Assembly (NCBI GenBank): GCA_020048645.1
Contig: JAIFMG010000097.1
Coordinates: 1,498 to 65,497 of the forward strand
DNA length: 64,000 nt
Source of the DNA: Bacteroidota bacterium
GTDB taxonomy: Bacteria; Bacteroidota; Bacteroidia; Bacteroidales; UBA6013
Direction: 5' to 3'
This document shows positions 1-9,269 of the stretch, in pieces. The notes under the pieces are model-generated. The model saw nothing but the letters and a program-made list of their open reading frames with translations. It had not been told where the DNA came from and did no database searches. The position numbers and the translations under genes are program-made. The number at the start of each line of letters is the position of its first letter. Position 1 is the stretch's first letter.

Positions 1-393
1 GCCACGCTGCGCCTGAAAAGCCTCGACCTGGAGCTCGACGCCAAGATCCTGCTCGACGCCCTGCACTCCGAGTCGCCCGGCCTGGGCGAGCAGCAGCAGC
101 GCGCGCTCTACGAGTCGGTCTCGCAGGAGTATGCCCACGTGGGCAACGCCCGCGAGCGGCAGAAGCTCATCCGCGAGGACCCGTTTTTCAACGCCTTGCA
201 GCTCAAGTTCTCCTACGCCATCACCTGCCACAAGGCCCAGGGCGGGCAATGGCGCCGCGTCTTCATCGACCAGGGCTACTTCGTGGACGACATGCTCGAC
301 CTGGAATACCTGCGCTGGCTCTACACCGCCCTGACCCGCGCGACCGAGAAGCTCTACTGGGTCAACTTCCAACCCTCGTTTTTTGAGGATTGA
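1..393 (+). CDS. ATP-dependent RecD-like/UvrD-C superfamily 1 helicase, C-terminal fragment (5' truncated by the window)
   Basis: Frame 1 is open from position 1; SF1 motifs YAITCHKAQGGQW and WLYTALTRA. Confidence 0.85.
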   Translation, partial: ATLRLKSLDLELDAKILLDALHSESPGLGEQQQRALYESVSQEYAHVGNARERQKLIREDPFFNALQLKFSYAITCHKAQGGQWRRVFIDQGYFVDDMLDLEYLRWLYTALTRATEKLYWVNFQPSFFED

Positions 394-556
394 GAAGCCT
401 GTTGGGGCCTCTGGCAGCTTTTCATGTTCCCTCCTTTGCTTTTTTGTTTTTTTAAAAACTTTTCTTTTGTAGTTTTATCCGGGCAACGCCCAAGCCGAAA
501 GGCGTTCGGCAAGATGCCAATGGACCGGTACAACTTCACAAAAAACAAATAACCCT

Positions 557-961
557 ATGGAAACCATCGCAGAAACTCCTTACCAGTTCCTCCGTTATGA
601 CGAAGAAAAATCCTTGCTGGTACTGGTCTGGAAAGCCGAGACCGAACACATCGACGAGGAAGGTCTCATGCGGGAAATCGGCCTGTTCATCCAAGAACTC
701 AAGCGCCTGAACGTCAGGTACGCGATAGGCGACGATCGCAACTTCATGTATTCCTTGACGCCCGAGGTGCAAGAGCAGGTGAACCAGGGCCAGATTGCCA
801 ACTTGAACCACACCACGCTGCGCAAGCTGGCGCATGTCATGAGCACCGAGATGATGGCCCAGATGAGCATCGAGCAACTCTTCGAGGAAAACGTCAGCAA
901 GACTTACCACGACAACTACTTCGACACCCTGGAAGAAGCCATCGCCTGGTGCATGGCCTGA
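557..961 (+). CDS. STAS/SEC14-like (SpoIIAA-like) small protein
   Basis: 134 aa; pattern of this family (LVLVW, IGDDR, KLAHV, YFDTLEEAIAW); similar protein at 42545-42961. Confidence 0.6.
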   Translation: METIAETPYQFLRYDEEKSLLVLVWKAETEHIDEEGLMREIGLFIQELKRLNVRYAIGDDRNFMYSLTPEVQEQVNQGQIANLNHTTLRKLAHVMSTEMMAQMSIEQLFEENVSKTYHDNYFDTLEEAIAWCMA

Positions 962-1106
962 AAGGGCCGGCCCGCCAAAGCCGCAGGCCCCTGCCGATGC
1001 CAAGCCGGGAGGGGCCTGCGCGTTTTGGTGGGCAGTCGCATGAGCGGGGGAATCATACCAAGTTGCTTTCCAACGTGATAGATTGATTGGGTAGGTCTTG
1101 GTTTTC

Positions 1107-1197
1107 GCATTGAACCCCTACGGGGTTCTGGTTCGCTGCGGTTCTCTACTCCCCGGATTTCATCCGGGGCTATTTGCATTCCATCCCTTCAGGATGG
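1107..1197. repeat. Cluster of three short palindromes, REP-like
   Basis: GAACCCC-TAC-GGGGTTC (1112-1128), CCCCGGAT-TTC-ATCCGGGG (1151-1169), CCATCC-CTTCA-GGATGG (1181-1197); lies between convergent genes. Confidence 0.65.
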
Positions 1198-1263
1198 GCA
1201 AAGCAGCCCGCTTTTGTCGAAAACTGATGTTTCGGATATTTCACCAACCAACGCGACTTGGCA

Positions 1264-2103
1264 TCATGTCTTGGCCAGGGTCGCGGGGTTGTTGAGGCGG
1301 GCGTACTCCAGGCACTTTTCCCAGTCGGCGGCGTAGGCGTCGCGGACGGCCTGCAAGGACATCTTGTCGATCAGGGGCTCATCGGGCACGCGCGAGCTGG
1401 GAGCGATTCCGGCCAGGTAGAGGGCCGGGTAGCGGTAGAGCTTCTCTCCCATCCGGCGCAGCCGCGTGAGCACGGGGCTGGAGCTCGCCGCGCGCGGCTT
1501 GGCGTAAACGGTCTTGTTCCACTCGCGGATGATCTTGAGCTGCTTTTCGGAATAGGACTTGTGCTTGGGCTTGAGGCTGATCTTTTCGCGGGGGTAGCTG
1601 GCGCCCATGTATCGGGCCAACTGGTCGAAAAATGCCCAGGGGTCGGCCAGGAGGTCGTCGTAGAACAGCACGAGCGGCTTGTGTTGGAAGCACTTTTCGA
1701 GCTGCTCGATCTTCGTGTAGAACTCGAGCTCGCTCCGGTCCCAGAGGCCCTTGTTGTGCTCGATGTCGATGAAGCCCTCGAAGGGGACGTGGATCCCGTT
1801 CTTGACGTGCCGGCGGTACTGCGAGGCGGCCCAACTGTCTTGGCGGCGCAGCAGAAGGATGGGGCGGGCCTGCGGATGGTAGGCCGAAAACCACTGGGCC
1901 TCGCTCTGGAGCTGGCGATCGAACTCCCTTGATATCAGGTACTTGTTGCGTTTTTCGGAAGCGATGATCTCGATGGAGCGCTTGTATCTCGTACACTGGA
2001 TGTAGCGGATTCCTTCCAACTTGGGGAAGAAGCGGTACTGCAAGTAGGTCGAGGCGACCTTGCCGAGGCCGACGTGGAAGAAGATTTCGGGTTGGGCGGA
2101 CAT
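1264..2103 (-). CDS. Sulfotransferase-like P-loop protein
   Basis: Start reassigned to MSAQPEIFF; HVGLGKVASTYLQ resembles the 5'-PAPS-binding motif; LLRRQDSWAASQY resembles the 3'-phosphate motif; TATCTTCG box upstream. Confidence 0.6.
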   Translation of the reverse strand: MSAQPEIFFHVGLGKVASTYLQYRFFPKLEGIRYIQCTRYKRSIEIIASEKRNKYLISREFDRQLQSEAQWFSAYHPQARPILLLRRQDSWAASQYRRHVKNGIHVPFEGFIDIEHNKGLWDRSELEFYTKIEQLEKCFQHKPLVLFYDDLLADPWAFFDQLARYMGASYPREKISLKPKHKSYSEKQLKIIREWNKTVYAKPRAASSSPVLTRLRRMGEKLYRYPALYLAGIAPSSRVPDEPLIDKMSLQAVRDAYAADWEKCLEYARLNNPATLAKT

Positions 2104-2263
2104 GGGGCAGGTTTTGGGGGTGATGCCCCGCGAAGATAGGCGGCTTGCGCGAAACGCAAAGCCTGGGGCGGATGACCGGAGGCCACAAAAACGAGCGTCC
2201 GCGGGCGGCTGGCCCGAGGCCCCGCCCGCGGACGGCGGAAAGTGAAGGCTGGCGAAGCCTTGC

Positions 2264-4186
2264 TTATTCGTGGAAGATGATCTCGACGCGGCGGTTGCGG
2301 GCACGGCCTTCGGGGGTATCGTTGGTGTCGATGGGCTTGGCCTCGCCTTCCGAAAGGACCTTGATCTGGCTGCCGCTGACTCCCTTGGCCATGAGCAGGT
2401 CGGCGGCGCCTTGCGCGCGCTGTCGGCCGACGACGATGTTGACCTCCTCGGAGCCGACGTTGTCGGTATGGCCGATGAGCGAGACGGAGCTGCCGGGCAC
2501 CCGCGCCAGGAGCAGGGCGAGCCTGTCGAGCTTCTCGACCAGCGAGGACGGCGGCGCGGTGAGGTTGAAGCCGTAGGTGGACGCCTCGAAGACCTTGCTG
2601 GGCAGGACGGGCGCGGGCTCCGCGGTGGTGGCTACGGTCGTGGTGGTGGTCGTGGCCGTGGTTGTCGTTGGGGTTTCCACGTCCTGCTCTTGGTCGCTGG
2701 CCCCGGTCGCAGGCTCGGTCGAGGCGGTCTGCTCGGCCGCGTTCTCGGTGCTGGCGACTTCGGCAGGCTCGGGCCGGGTGGCGGCCAGCACCTGGTCGAT
2801 GGACTCGCCCTTCTCGACAGCCTGGGCCAACTGCTCCATCAGGCCCTGGTCGAACTTGACGGGCTGCTGGCCTTCGGTGAAGATGACCTGGAAGAGGTTG
2901 TAGTTGTGCTCGCTGCCGTCGCCCACGGTGGCGTAGAAGGCCTGGTTGGGTCCGACGGGGCTGAAGTAGATGTCGTGTTGGGAGCTGTTGATGGGGTAGC
3001 CGAGGTTCTGGGCCTGCCCCCATTGGCCGTCGTCTTGCAGCGGGCAGACGAAAATGTCGAATCCGCCGAGGGTCTGGTGGCCTTTGGAGCTGAAATAGAG
3101 CTTCTTGCCATCTTGGCAGATGCGGACGGACATTTCCTCCTCGGGGGTGTTGGCCTGGGGGCCGAGGGCCACGGGCTCGGACCAGTTGCCCTGCTCGTCG
3201 CGCCGGGAGGTGTAGATGTCCATGTTTCCGCCGCGGTCGCTGGTGAAGAAGGCCGTCTTTCCGTCGGGGTGCAGGGCGAAGGAATGCTCGCGGGCGCGGG
3301 AGTTGATGGGCTCGGGCAGGGGCTCGGGCTTCTGCCAGTTGCCTTGGGGGCCTTTGGTGGCCACGAAGATGTCGCCCTGCTGGCGGGCGTTGTAGAGGAA
3401 GAGCTGCTGGCCGTCGAAGCTGAAGCTCAGTGCGGCGTCGTGGTTGCGGGTGTTGACGGGCCGGCCGAGGTTGCGGGGCTGGGCGAAGCGCTCGCCCTGA
3501 AGCTCGGCCACGAAGATGTCCTCGTAGTGCATCCTGTCGGAGGCGCTTTCGAGGTCGCCAAGGGAGCCGTCCTTGCGTTGCGCGAGCAGGAGCATGCTGC
3601 CGTCGGGGCTGGCCACGGGGGCGTACTCGGGGCCCTGGGTGTTGAGCTCGTCGAGGGGGCGCATCATCACGCTCAGGGTGTCCTGGAGCAGGACTATCCC
3701 GAAGAGGCACTCGTCCTCGAAGCGGGTCAACTGGGCCTCGAAGGCCTCGTCGAGCCACTGGCTTTGGGCGGCGCGGTAGGCGCGCATGTGGCGCAGGGCG
3801 TTCTGGTAGTCGTAGTTGCGGTGGTAGGCCAAGGCCATCCAGTAATCGACGTTCTCGGAGACGGGCGGGTCGGCCTTGGCGGCCTCGCCCAGGTGGAAGA
3901 GGGCCTTGTCGTTCTGTAAGGTCTGCATGTAGGCCAGGCCGAGCTTGTAGTCGAGCGCGGGGTTGTTGGCGATGACGGCGTTGGCGTCGAGGTAGAGGTC
4001 GATGGCCTCTCCGAAGCGCTGGGCGTTGAAAAGCTGGTCGGCCTTGCGCCAGGCGAGGCTCTGCGCCCTGAAGTTGGCCAGTCCGGCGGACATGGAGCGC
4101 GCTCTGGTCGTATCCTGGGCCACCGCGTCGGGGTGGGCCAGGCCCAGGCAGAGCGCTGCCGCCAAAAGTATAGGGTTGGATTTCAT
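2264..4186 (-). CDS. PorE-like TPR + PD40 propeller + OmpA_C peptidoglycan-binding protein
   Basis: Signal peptide, TPR helices, PD40 repeats (NLGRPVNT, FFTSDR, GGFDIF, NLGYPINS), Thr/Ala/Glu linker, OmpA motifs GHTDNVG and RARNRRVEI. Confidence 0.85.
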   Translation of the reverse strand: MKSNPILLAAALCLGLAHPDAVAQDTTRARSMSAGLANFRAQSLAWRKADQLFNAQRFGEAIDLYLDANAVIANNPALDYKLGLAYMQTLQNDKALFHLGEAAKADPPVSENVDYWMALAYHRNYDYQNALRHMRAYRAAQSQWLDEAFEAQLTRFEDECLFGIVLLQDTLSVMMRPLDELNTQGPEYAPVASPDGSMLLLAQRKDGSLGDLESASDRMHYEDIFVAELQGERFAQPRNLGRPVNTRNHDAALSFSFDGQQLFLYNARQQGDIFVATKGPQGNWQKPEPLPEPINSRAREHSFALHPDGKTAFFTSDRGGNMDIYTSRRDEQGNWSEPVALGPQANTPEEEMSVRICQDGKKLYFSSKGHQTLGGFDIFVCPLQDDGQWGQAQNLGYPINSSQHDIYFSPVGPNQAFYATVGDGSEHNYNLFQVIFTEGQQPVKFDQGLMEQLAQAVEKGESIDQVLAATRPEPAEVASTENAAEQTASTEPATGASDQEQDVETPTTTTATTTTTTVATTAEPAPVLPSKVFEASTYGFNLTAPPSSLVEKLDRLALLLARVPGSSVSLIGHTDNVGSEEVNIVVGRQRAQGAADLLMAKGVSGSQIKVLSEGEAKPIDTNDTPEGRARNRRVEIIFHE

Positions 4187-4232
4187 GGTTTTAGGTTTAG
4201 TTGGGTGGGAAACAATCGGGAGGCGGACGAGC

Positions 4233-5216
4233 TCACCACAGCAGGTCGTTGCGGATGTCGTCGGTCTCGTAGGCCGGGTGGTTCTCGCGCTTTTTGAAGG
4301 TGAAGGCGATGCGCAGCTCGTGCGAGCCGCTGCTGACCGTCGAGAGCTCGCTGGTTATCAGGTCATAAGAGTAGTAGATCGCCATGAAGTCCTGGAAGCG
4401 CAAGCCCAGCAGGACGACGGCGGCGTCGCGGAAGCGGTACGAGAGGCCCAGGTCGAAGGTCTGCCCGAAGGTGAACTGTCCGCCCACCTGGAGCTCCAGG
4501 GGCTCGCCCGCGGCCAGGCCCAGGGTGAAATTGGGCTTGAACATGACCGGCTTGTGCTGCCCCAGCAGCAAACCGCCTGAAACGTAAGTCTTCAGGTACG
4601 AATCGTAGGAAGTCTCAATATCGTAATCCTCTCGAAATGAGTGCTGGAACAACTGGTAGGCCGACACGCCCAGGAAAAAAGTCCGGTTGTAGGCCAGCAT
4701 CCCGAGGTTCAGGTCGGGCGACCATCGGCTGACGAACTTCTTGTCGAGCAGCAGGGGGTCGGGCTGGGGCAGGGTGATCTGGTTGCCCATGATCCAGAAG
4801 TTGGTCATGTTCAGGCCGAGGCCCGCCGAGAGGTTGAAGCCGTCGAGGGTGAAGTGCCGGGCGTAGGCCAATCCGCCCCAGAAGCCCCGCGAGGGGCCGT
4901 AGGAGTCGTTGAGCACGTATCCGCCCAGGCCGGAATTGGCCCCCACGGCGCCGTTGTAGCTGAACATCTGGGAGATGGGCGCTCCCTCGATGCCGAGCCA
5001 TTGCGAGCGGTGGTGTATCTGCACCTGGTGCTCGAAGTTGGAGCCGGCCACTGCCGGGTTGAAGTAGAAGAGGTCGAGGCCGCGCTGGCTGAACTGCGGC
5101 AACTGCTGGGCCTGGGCCACGGGCGGCAACGCCAAGGCCAGCCCCACGAGCAGCGGCGCGATCCTTTGGGTCAATTTCATGTTCATGGTTTTGGTTTCTA
5201 GGGAGTTGGGCTTCAT
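4233..5216 (-). CDS. Type IX secretion system membrane protein, PorP/SprF family
   Basis: QQLPQFSQ...FNPAVAG, HRSQWLGIEGAP, YSYDL...GSHE; ATGA overlap with the upstream CTD gene. Confidence 0.92.
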   Translation of the reverse strand: MKPNSLETKTMNMKLTQRIAPLLVGLALALPPVAQAQQLPQFSQRGLDLFYFNPAVAGSNFEHQVQIHHRSQWLGIEGAPISQMFSYNGAVGANSGLGGYVLNDSYGPSRGFWGGLAYARHFTLDGFNLSAGLGLNMTNFWIMGNQITLPQPDPLLLDKKFVSRWSPDLNLGMLAYNRTFFLGVSAYQLFQHSFREDYDIETSYDSYLKTYVSGGLLLGQHKPVMFKPNFTLGLAAGEPLELQVGGQFTFGQTFDLGLSYRFRDAAVVLLGLRFQDFMAIYYSYDLITSELSTVSSGSHELRIAFTFKKRENHPAYETDDIRNDLLW

Positions 5217-5542
5217 CGCAGGATCGTTACCACGCCGGTGCGGGTGTCTTGGCCGACCTTGAGCAGGTAGTAGTAGGTTCCGGCGGGCAGGGGCTGCTGG
5301 CTGTTCTGGTCGGTCCCGTCCCAGTTGTTCGCGTAACGGCTTGTCTCCCAGACGGTCTGGCCGTTGCGGTTGAAGACCAGCAGATGGTGCTCGGGCTGGC
5401 TTTCCAGGTTTTCGATGACCCAGGTCTCGTTGGTGCCGTCGCCATTGGGCGAGAAGCCCGAGTAGATGTTCAGCTCTTGGGCCTGCGCCGCGGCAGAGAC
5501 TCCCAAGAAGGACAGGCCGAGAATTATGTTACGGAGTTTCAT
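5213..5542 (-). CDS. Signal peptide plus T9SS type-B (gliding-motility-associated) C-terminal domain only
   Basis: MKLRNIILGLSFLGVSAAAQAQ is followed immediately by FSPNGDGTNETW...VFNRNG...WDG...LPAGTYYY...GVVTILR. Confidence 0.85.
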   Translation of the reverse strand: MKLRNIILGLSFLGVSAAAQAQELNIYSGFSPNGDGTNETWVIENLESQPEHHLLVFNRNGQTVWETSRYANNWDGTDQNSQQPLPAGTYYYLLKVGQDTRTGVVTILR

Positions 5543-5689
5543 GCAGGATGCGATATTGTGGTTTCGTGTTGGTGCCAAATTACATTTTCGTTAACAAAGT
5601 TCGAAAAAAATCGCCAGAATACCTCTTTTTTTGGGAAAAATCCTGACCTGGCGTTGGCAAAGCAAGATGTTTCGAGGTCCGCCACCGCT

Positions 5690-5704
5690 TGGCATGGCTT
5701 TGGC
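5690..5704 (+). promoter_or_regulatory. Possible sigma-54-type -24/-12 promoter
   Basis: TGGCATGGCTTTGGC has the GG/GC spacing of TGGCACG-N4-TTGC, about 70 nt upstream of the 5775 start. Confidence 0.25.
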
Positions 5705-5774
5705 GATTGCACGTGGACACATGCCCATGCTGCGCCGAAAAAGCTACCTTGGTGCAGCCAAAACCCTGGAAAAG

Positions 5775-8072
5775 ATGAAAGACCTCCTGGCCCGCGTGGC
5801 CCTACTGCTGCTGGTGCTTTCGCACGGCCCGAGCTTCGGCCAGGCTTTCCGCTACGACTCGGTGGCCTCGCACTACAAAGGCCTGAACCCTTGGGTCAAG
5901 GTATTGCCCGACAACGGGTGGGACTTCGAGCAGGCCGCGGCGCTCGACTGGAGCCAGGCCCCGGCCTACCCGGCGGCGGCCGACAGCCTGCGCGAAGGCC
6001 AGGCCTACTGGCTGCGGCTCGAGATCGAGTCGCGGCACAAGAAGGAGGCCGAGTGGATGCTCTTCCTGGGCCCGGTGGACTACCTCGACGCCTACCTGCT
6101 GGCCCCGGGCCTGCCGCCGCGGCACCTGCGCTCGGGCCTGCTGGTGCCCGACTCGCTCAAGGCGGTGGCCGAGAACCGCGGCAAGGGCAGCCGCCAGCTC
6201 GTGCCCATCGTCCTGCCCGGCGCCCGCGAGGGCGAGGCCTCGCGGCTGGTGGTGCTCGTCCGGGCCCGCAACCTGGCCCCCTGGCCCATCGCGCTCGACC
6301 TCTGGCTCCAGCGCCCCAAGGACTACAAGAACGACTACGACGAGTTCATCGCCCGCCGCAACCTGCTCCAGGGCAGTTTCCAGGGCATCCTCTGGTTCAC
6401 CATCCTGTTCAACCTCCTGCTCTACTTCCCCAGCCGCGACCGCACCTTCCTGTTCCACGTCTTCTACATGCTCTTCGCCTCGCTGTTCCTGATGAACCGC
6501 TTCGGGCTGACGCAGGCCTGGCTGACAGGGCGTTTCCCCATGGCCTACTACTACTTGCGGGCCCTGACGCCGGCCATGCTGGGGCTTTTCTACCTGCTGT
6601 TCATGGACCATTACCTCTACCTGCGGCGGCGCTTCCCGAAGATAACGCGGCTCATGTTCGGCATGATGGCCCTGCTGGTCCTCGACGCGCTCGCGGGCGT
6701 GGCCATCCTGCTGGCCAGCTTCGACCACGCCCTGTTCGACCGCATGACCAACATGGTGCTCCTGGGCGTGCTGCTGGCCGCCTCGGGCATCCTGGTTTAC
6801 ATCTCGCGCTACAAGTCCCGGCAGTCGGGCTTCTTCATCCTGGGCTCGCTGATGGTGGGGCTGGCCGGCTCGGTTTACATCTTCTCGATGCTCGAGCCGC
6901 GGTTCGTGGCCGACAAGGTGCTGGTCTTCCAGTTCGGCATCATCGGCGAGGTGCTGCTCTTCACCGTCGGGCTGATCTTCCGCTGGAACGAGAGCGAGCG
7001 CCGCCAGCGCGAGATGCAGGAAAGGCTGATCGTGCAGCTCAAGGAAAACCAGGGGCTGCAACAGCGCGCCAACCGCGAGCTCGAGGCCAAAGTGCGCGAA
7101 CGGACGGCCGAAATCCAGCAGCAGAAGGAGGAAATCCTCAGCCAGCGCGACTACTTGGAGCTCGTCAACCAAGAGCTCGAGCAGCAGAAGGAGGAGGTCA
7201 TGGCCCAGCGCGACAAAATCGGCCAGCAGAAGCGCCGCCTCGAGCTCCAGCACCTCAAGACGCTCTGGCAGCGCGACAAGATCGAGGAGCAGAACCAGCA
7301 CATCACCGACAGCATCCGCTACGCCCAGCGCATCCAGAAGGCCCTGCTGCCGCCGCCCGAGCAGATCGCCGAAGACCTGCCCGAGAGCTTCATCTTCTTC
7401 CGGCCCCTGCACATCGTCAGCGGCGACTTCTACTGGGCGCGCCGCCAGGGCGAGCACATGGCCCTGGTGGCCGCCGACAGCACCGGGCACGGCGTGCCGG
7501 GCGCCTTCATGAGCATGCTCGGCACGGCCTTGCTCAACGAACTGGCGCCCAGGCAGTTGGCCCGAAAGGAACCTAGCCCCGCCCTGCTCCTGGCCGAGCT
7601 GCGGGCCAAGGTCATCGACGCCCTGCGCCAAACGGGCAAATCGGGCGAGAACCAGGACGGATTCGACATGTCGGTCTGCTTCGTCCACCTGCCCACCGGG
7701 CGGCTGCGCTGGGCGGGCGCCAACAACCCGCTGCTAGTCTGCCGCGGCCCCAGCCTCATCGAGCTCCGCCCCGACCGCATGCCCGTGGGCATCTTCACCC
7801 TGGCCGACACCGACTTCACCGAGCACAGCCTCCGCCTGCGCCCCCGCGACTGCGTCTATCTCTTCTCCGACGGGTTCGAGGACCAGTTCGGCGGCCCCGA
7901 GGGCAAGAAATTCAAGTCCAAGCCGTTCAGGGCCCTGGTACGCGGCCTCGCCCCGCTGGCCACCGCCGAGCAGGCCGAGGCTTTCGCCCAGGAGTTCGAC
8001 CGGTGGAAGGGCAGCAAGTTCGAGCAGGTGGACGACGTCCTGCTCATGGGATTCCGCTACAAGGCGCCCTGA
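5775..8072 (+). CDS. 7TM-DISM receptor with coiled coil and SpoIIE/PP2C phosphatase
   Basis: Signal peptide, extracellular DISMED2-like domain (YWLRL), about 7 TM helices; PP2C motifs SIRYAQRIQ, VSGDFYW, ADSTGHGVPGA, DGFD, FSDG, QVDD. Confidence 0.88.
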   Translation: MKDLLARVALLLLVLSHGPSFGQAFRYDSVASHYKGLNPWVKVLPDNGWDFEQAAALDWSQAPAYPAAADSLREGQAYWLRLEIESRHKKEAEWMLFLGPVDYLDAYLLAPGLPPRHLRSGLLVPDSLKAVAENRGKGSRQLVPIVLPGAREGEASRLVVLVRARNLAPWPIALDLWLQRPKDYKNDYDEFIARRNLLQGSFQGILWFTILFNLLLYFPSRDRTFLFHVFYMLFASLFLMNRFGLTQAWLTGRFPMAYYYLRALTPAMLGLFYLLFMDHYLYLRRRFPKITRLMFGMMALLVLDALAGVAILLASFDHALFDRMTNMVLLGVLLAASGILVYISRYKSRQSGFFILGSLMVGLAGSVYIFSMLEPRFVADKVLVFQFGIIGEVLLFTVGLIFRWNESERRQREMQERLIVQLKENQGLQQRANRELEAKVRERTAEIQQQKEEILSQRDYLELVNQELEQQKEEVMAQRDKIGQQKRRLELQHLKTLWQRDKIEEQNQHITDSIRYAQRIQKALLPPPEQIAEDLPESFIFFRPLHIVSGDFYWARRQGEHMALVAADSTGHGVPGAFMSMLGTALLNELAPRQLARKEPSPALLLAELRAKVIDALRQTGKSGENQDGFDMSVCFVHLPTGRLRWAGANNPLLVCRGPSLIELRPDRMPVGIFTLADTDFTEHSLRLRPRDCVYLFSDGFEDQFGGPEGKKFKSKPFRALVRGLAPLATAEQAEAFAQEFDRWKGSKFEQVDDVLLMGFRYKAP

Positions 8073-8143
8073 CGGCAGGCCCGGCTCCGCCCCTGGGTTT
8101 GCATCCCCTGCCAAAAAAGGTAAATTCGCGGCAATCCGCCACC

Positions 8144-9223
8144 ATGAAGAAACTCGACCTCTACATCATCAGCCGGTTCCTGGGCACCTTCGTCTATTCG
8201 CTGGTGCTCATCATCGGCATCTCCATGATCTTCGACTTCTCGGAGAAGATCGACGACTTCATCGAGGAGAACACGCCCACCGAGGCCATCGTCTTCGACT
8301 ACTACCTCAACTTCATCCCCTATTTCGCCAACCTCTTCAGCGCGCTGTTCACCTTCATCTCGGTCATCTTCTTCACCTCCAAAATGGCCGGAAACACCGA
8401 GATCGTCGCCATCCTGAGCAGCGGCGTCAGCTACCATCGGCTCCTGGTGCCCTACATGGTGGCCGCGACGGTCATCGCCCTGGGCTCATTCGCGCTCAAC
8501 AACTACGTCATCCCGCCGGCCAACGCCGTCCGGCTCGAGTTCGAGAACACCTACATCTCGCACTACCACAACAGCGAGCGCGACATGCACAAGCAGGTGG
8601 CCCCGGGCGTAAACGTCTATCTGGGCAGCTACAACACCATGAACCACATGGGGTTCCAGTTCACCATGGAAAAGGTCGTGGACGGCGAGCTGGTCAGCAA
8701 GCTCGTGGCCGACTACATCAAATGGGACAGCACCAACCAGAAATGGCTGCTCAACAACTACTACATCCGCGAGTTCTCGGCCGACTCGATGAGCGTCCAA
8801 GTCAGCACCGGCAACGTCATCGACTCGGCCCTGATGATACACCCGCTCGACTTCAGCCGCCGCGACAACATCGTCGAATCCATGACCGGCGACAAGCTCG
8901 ACGAGTTCATCGAGCGCGAGGAGATGCGCGGCAACCCCAACATCAACGCCTATTACGTCGAAAAGTACAAGCGCGTGGCCTTCCCCTTCTCGACCTACAT
9001 CCTGACCATCATGGGCCTGAGCGTGGCCAGCGCCAAGCGCCGCCGGGGCGCCGGGGCCAACATCGGCCTGGGCATCGGCCTGAGCTTCACCTACATCTTC
9101 TTCATGCAGATCACCACGCAGTTCTCCATCAAAGGCGGCCTCGACCCCTTGCTGGCCGTCTGGCTCCCCAACTTCGCCTATGCCATCATCGCGGCGATCC
9201 TCTACCGCAGGGCGCCCAAGTGA
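8144..9223 (+). CDS. LptF/LptG (YjgP/YjgQ) family LPS export permease
   Basis: MKKLDLYII, EIVAILSSGVS, 3 TM + periplasmic domain + 3 TM, WLPN. Confidence 0.9.
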   Translation: MKKLDLYIISRFLGTFVYSLVLIIGISMIFDFSEKIDDFIEENTPTEAIVFDYYLNFIPYFANLFSALFTFISVIFFTSKMAGNTEIVAILSSGVSYHRLLVPYMVAATVIALGSFALNNYVIPPANAVRLEFENTYISHYHNSERDMHKQVAPGVNVYLGSYNTMNHMGFQFTMEKVVDGELVSKLVADYIKWDSTNQKWLLNNYYIREFSADSMSVQVSTGNVIDSALMIHPLDFSRRDNIVESMTGDKLDEFIEREEMRGNPNINAYYVEKYKRVAFPFSTYILTIMGLSVASAKRRRGAGANIGLGIGLSFTYIFFMQITTQFSIKGGLDPLLAVWLPNFAYAIIAAILYRRAPK

Positions 9224-9269
9224 GCCGGCCCTCGCGGACGGCAGCCCAAAAACTCCTCCTTCCCCACCC

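Noticed and set aside
480-535. Definite c-di-GMP-I riboswitch call
   Set aside because: The GACGCAAAG junction and the second hairpin with tetraloop receptor are not recognisable; kept only as a weak structured-leader finding.
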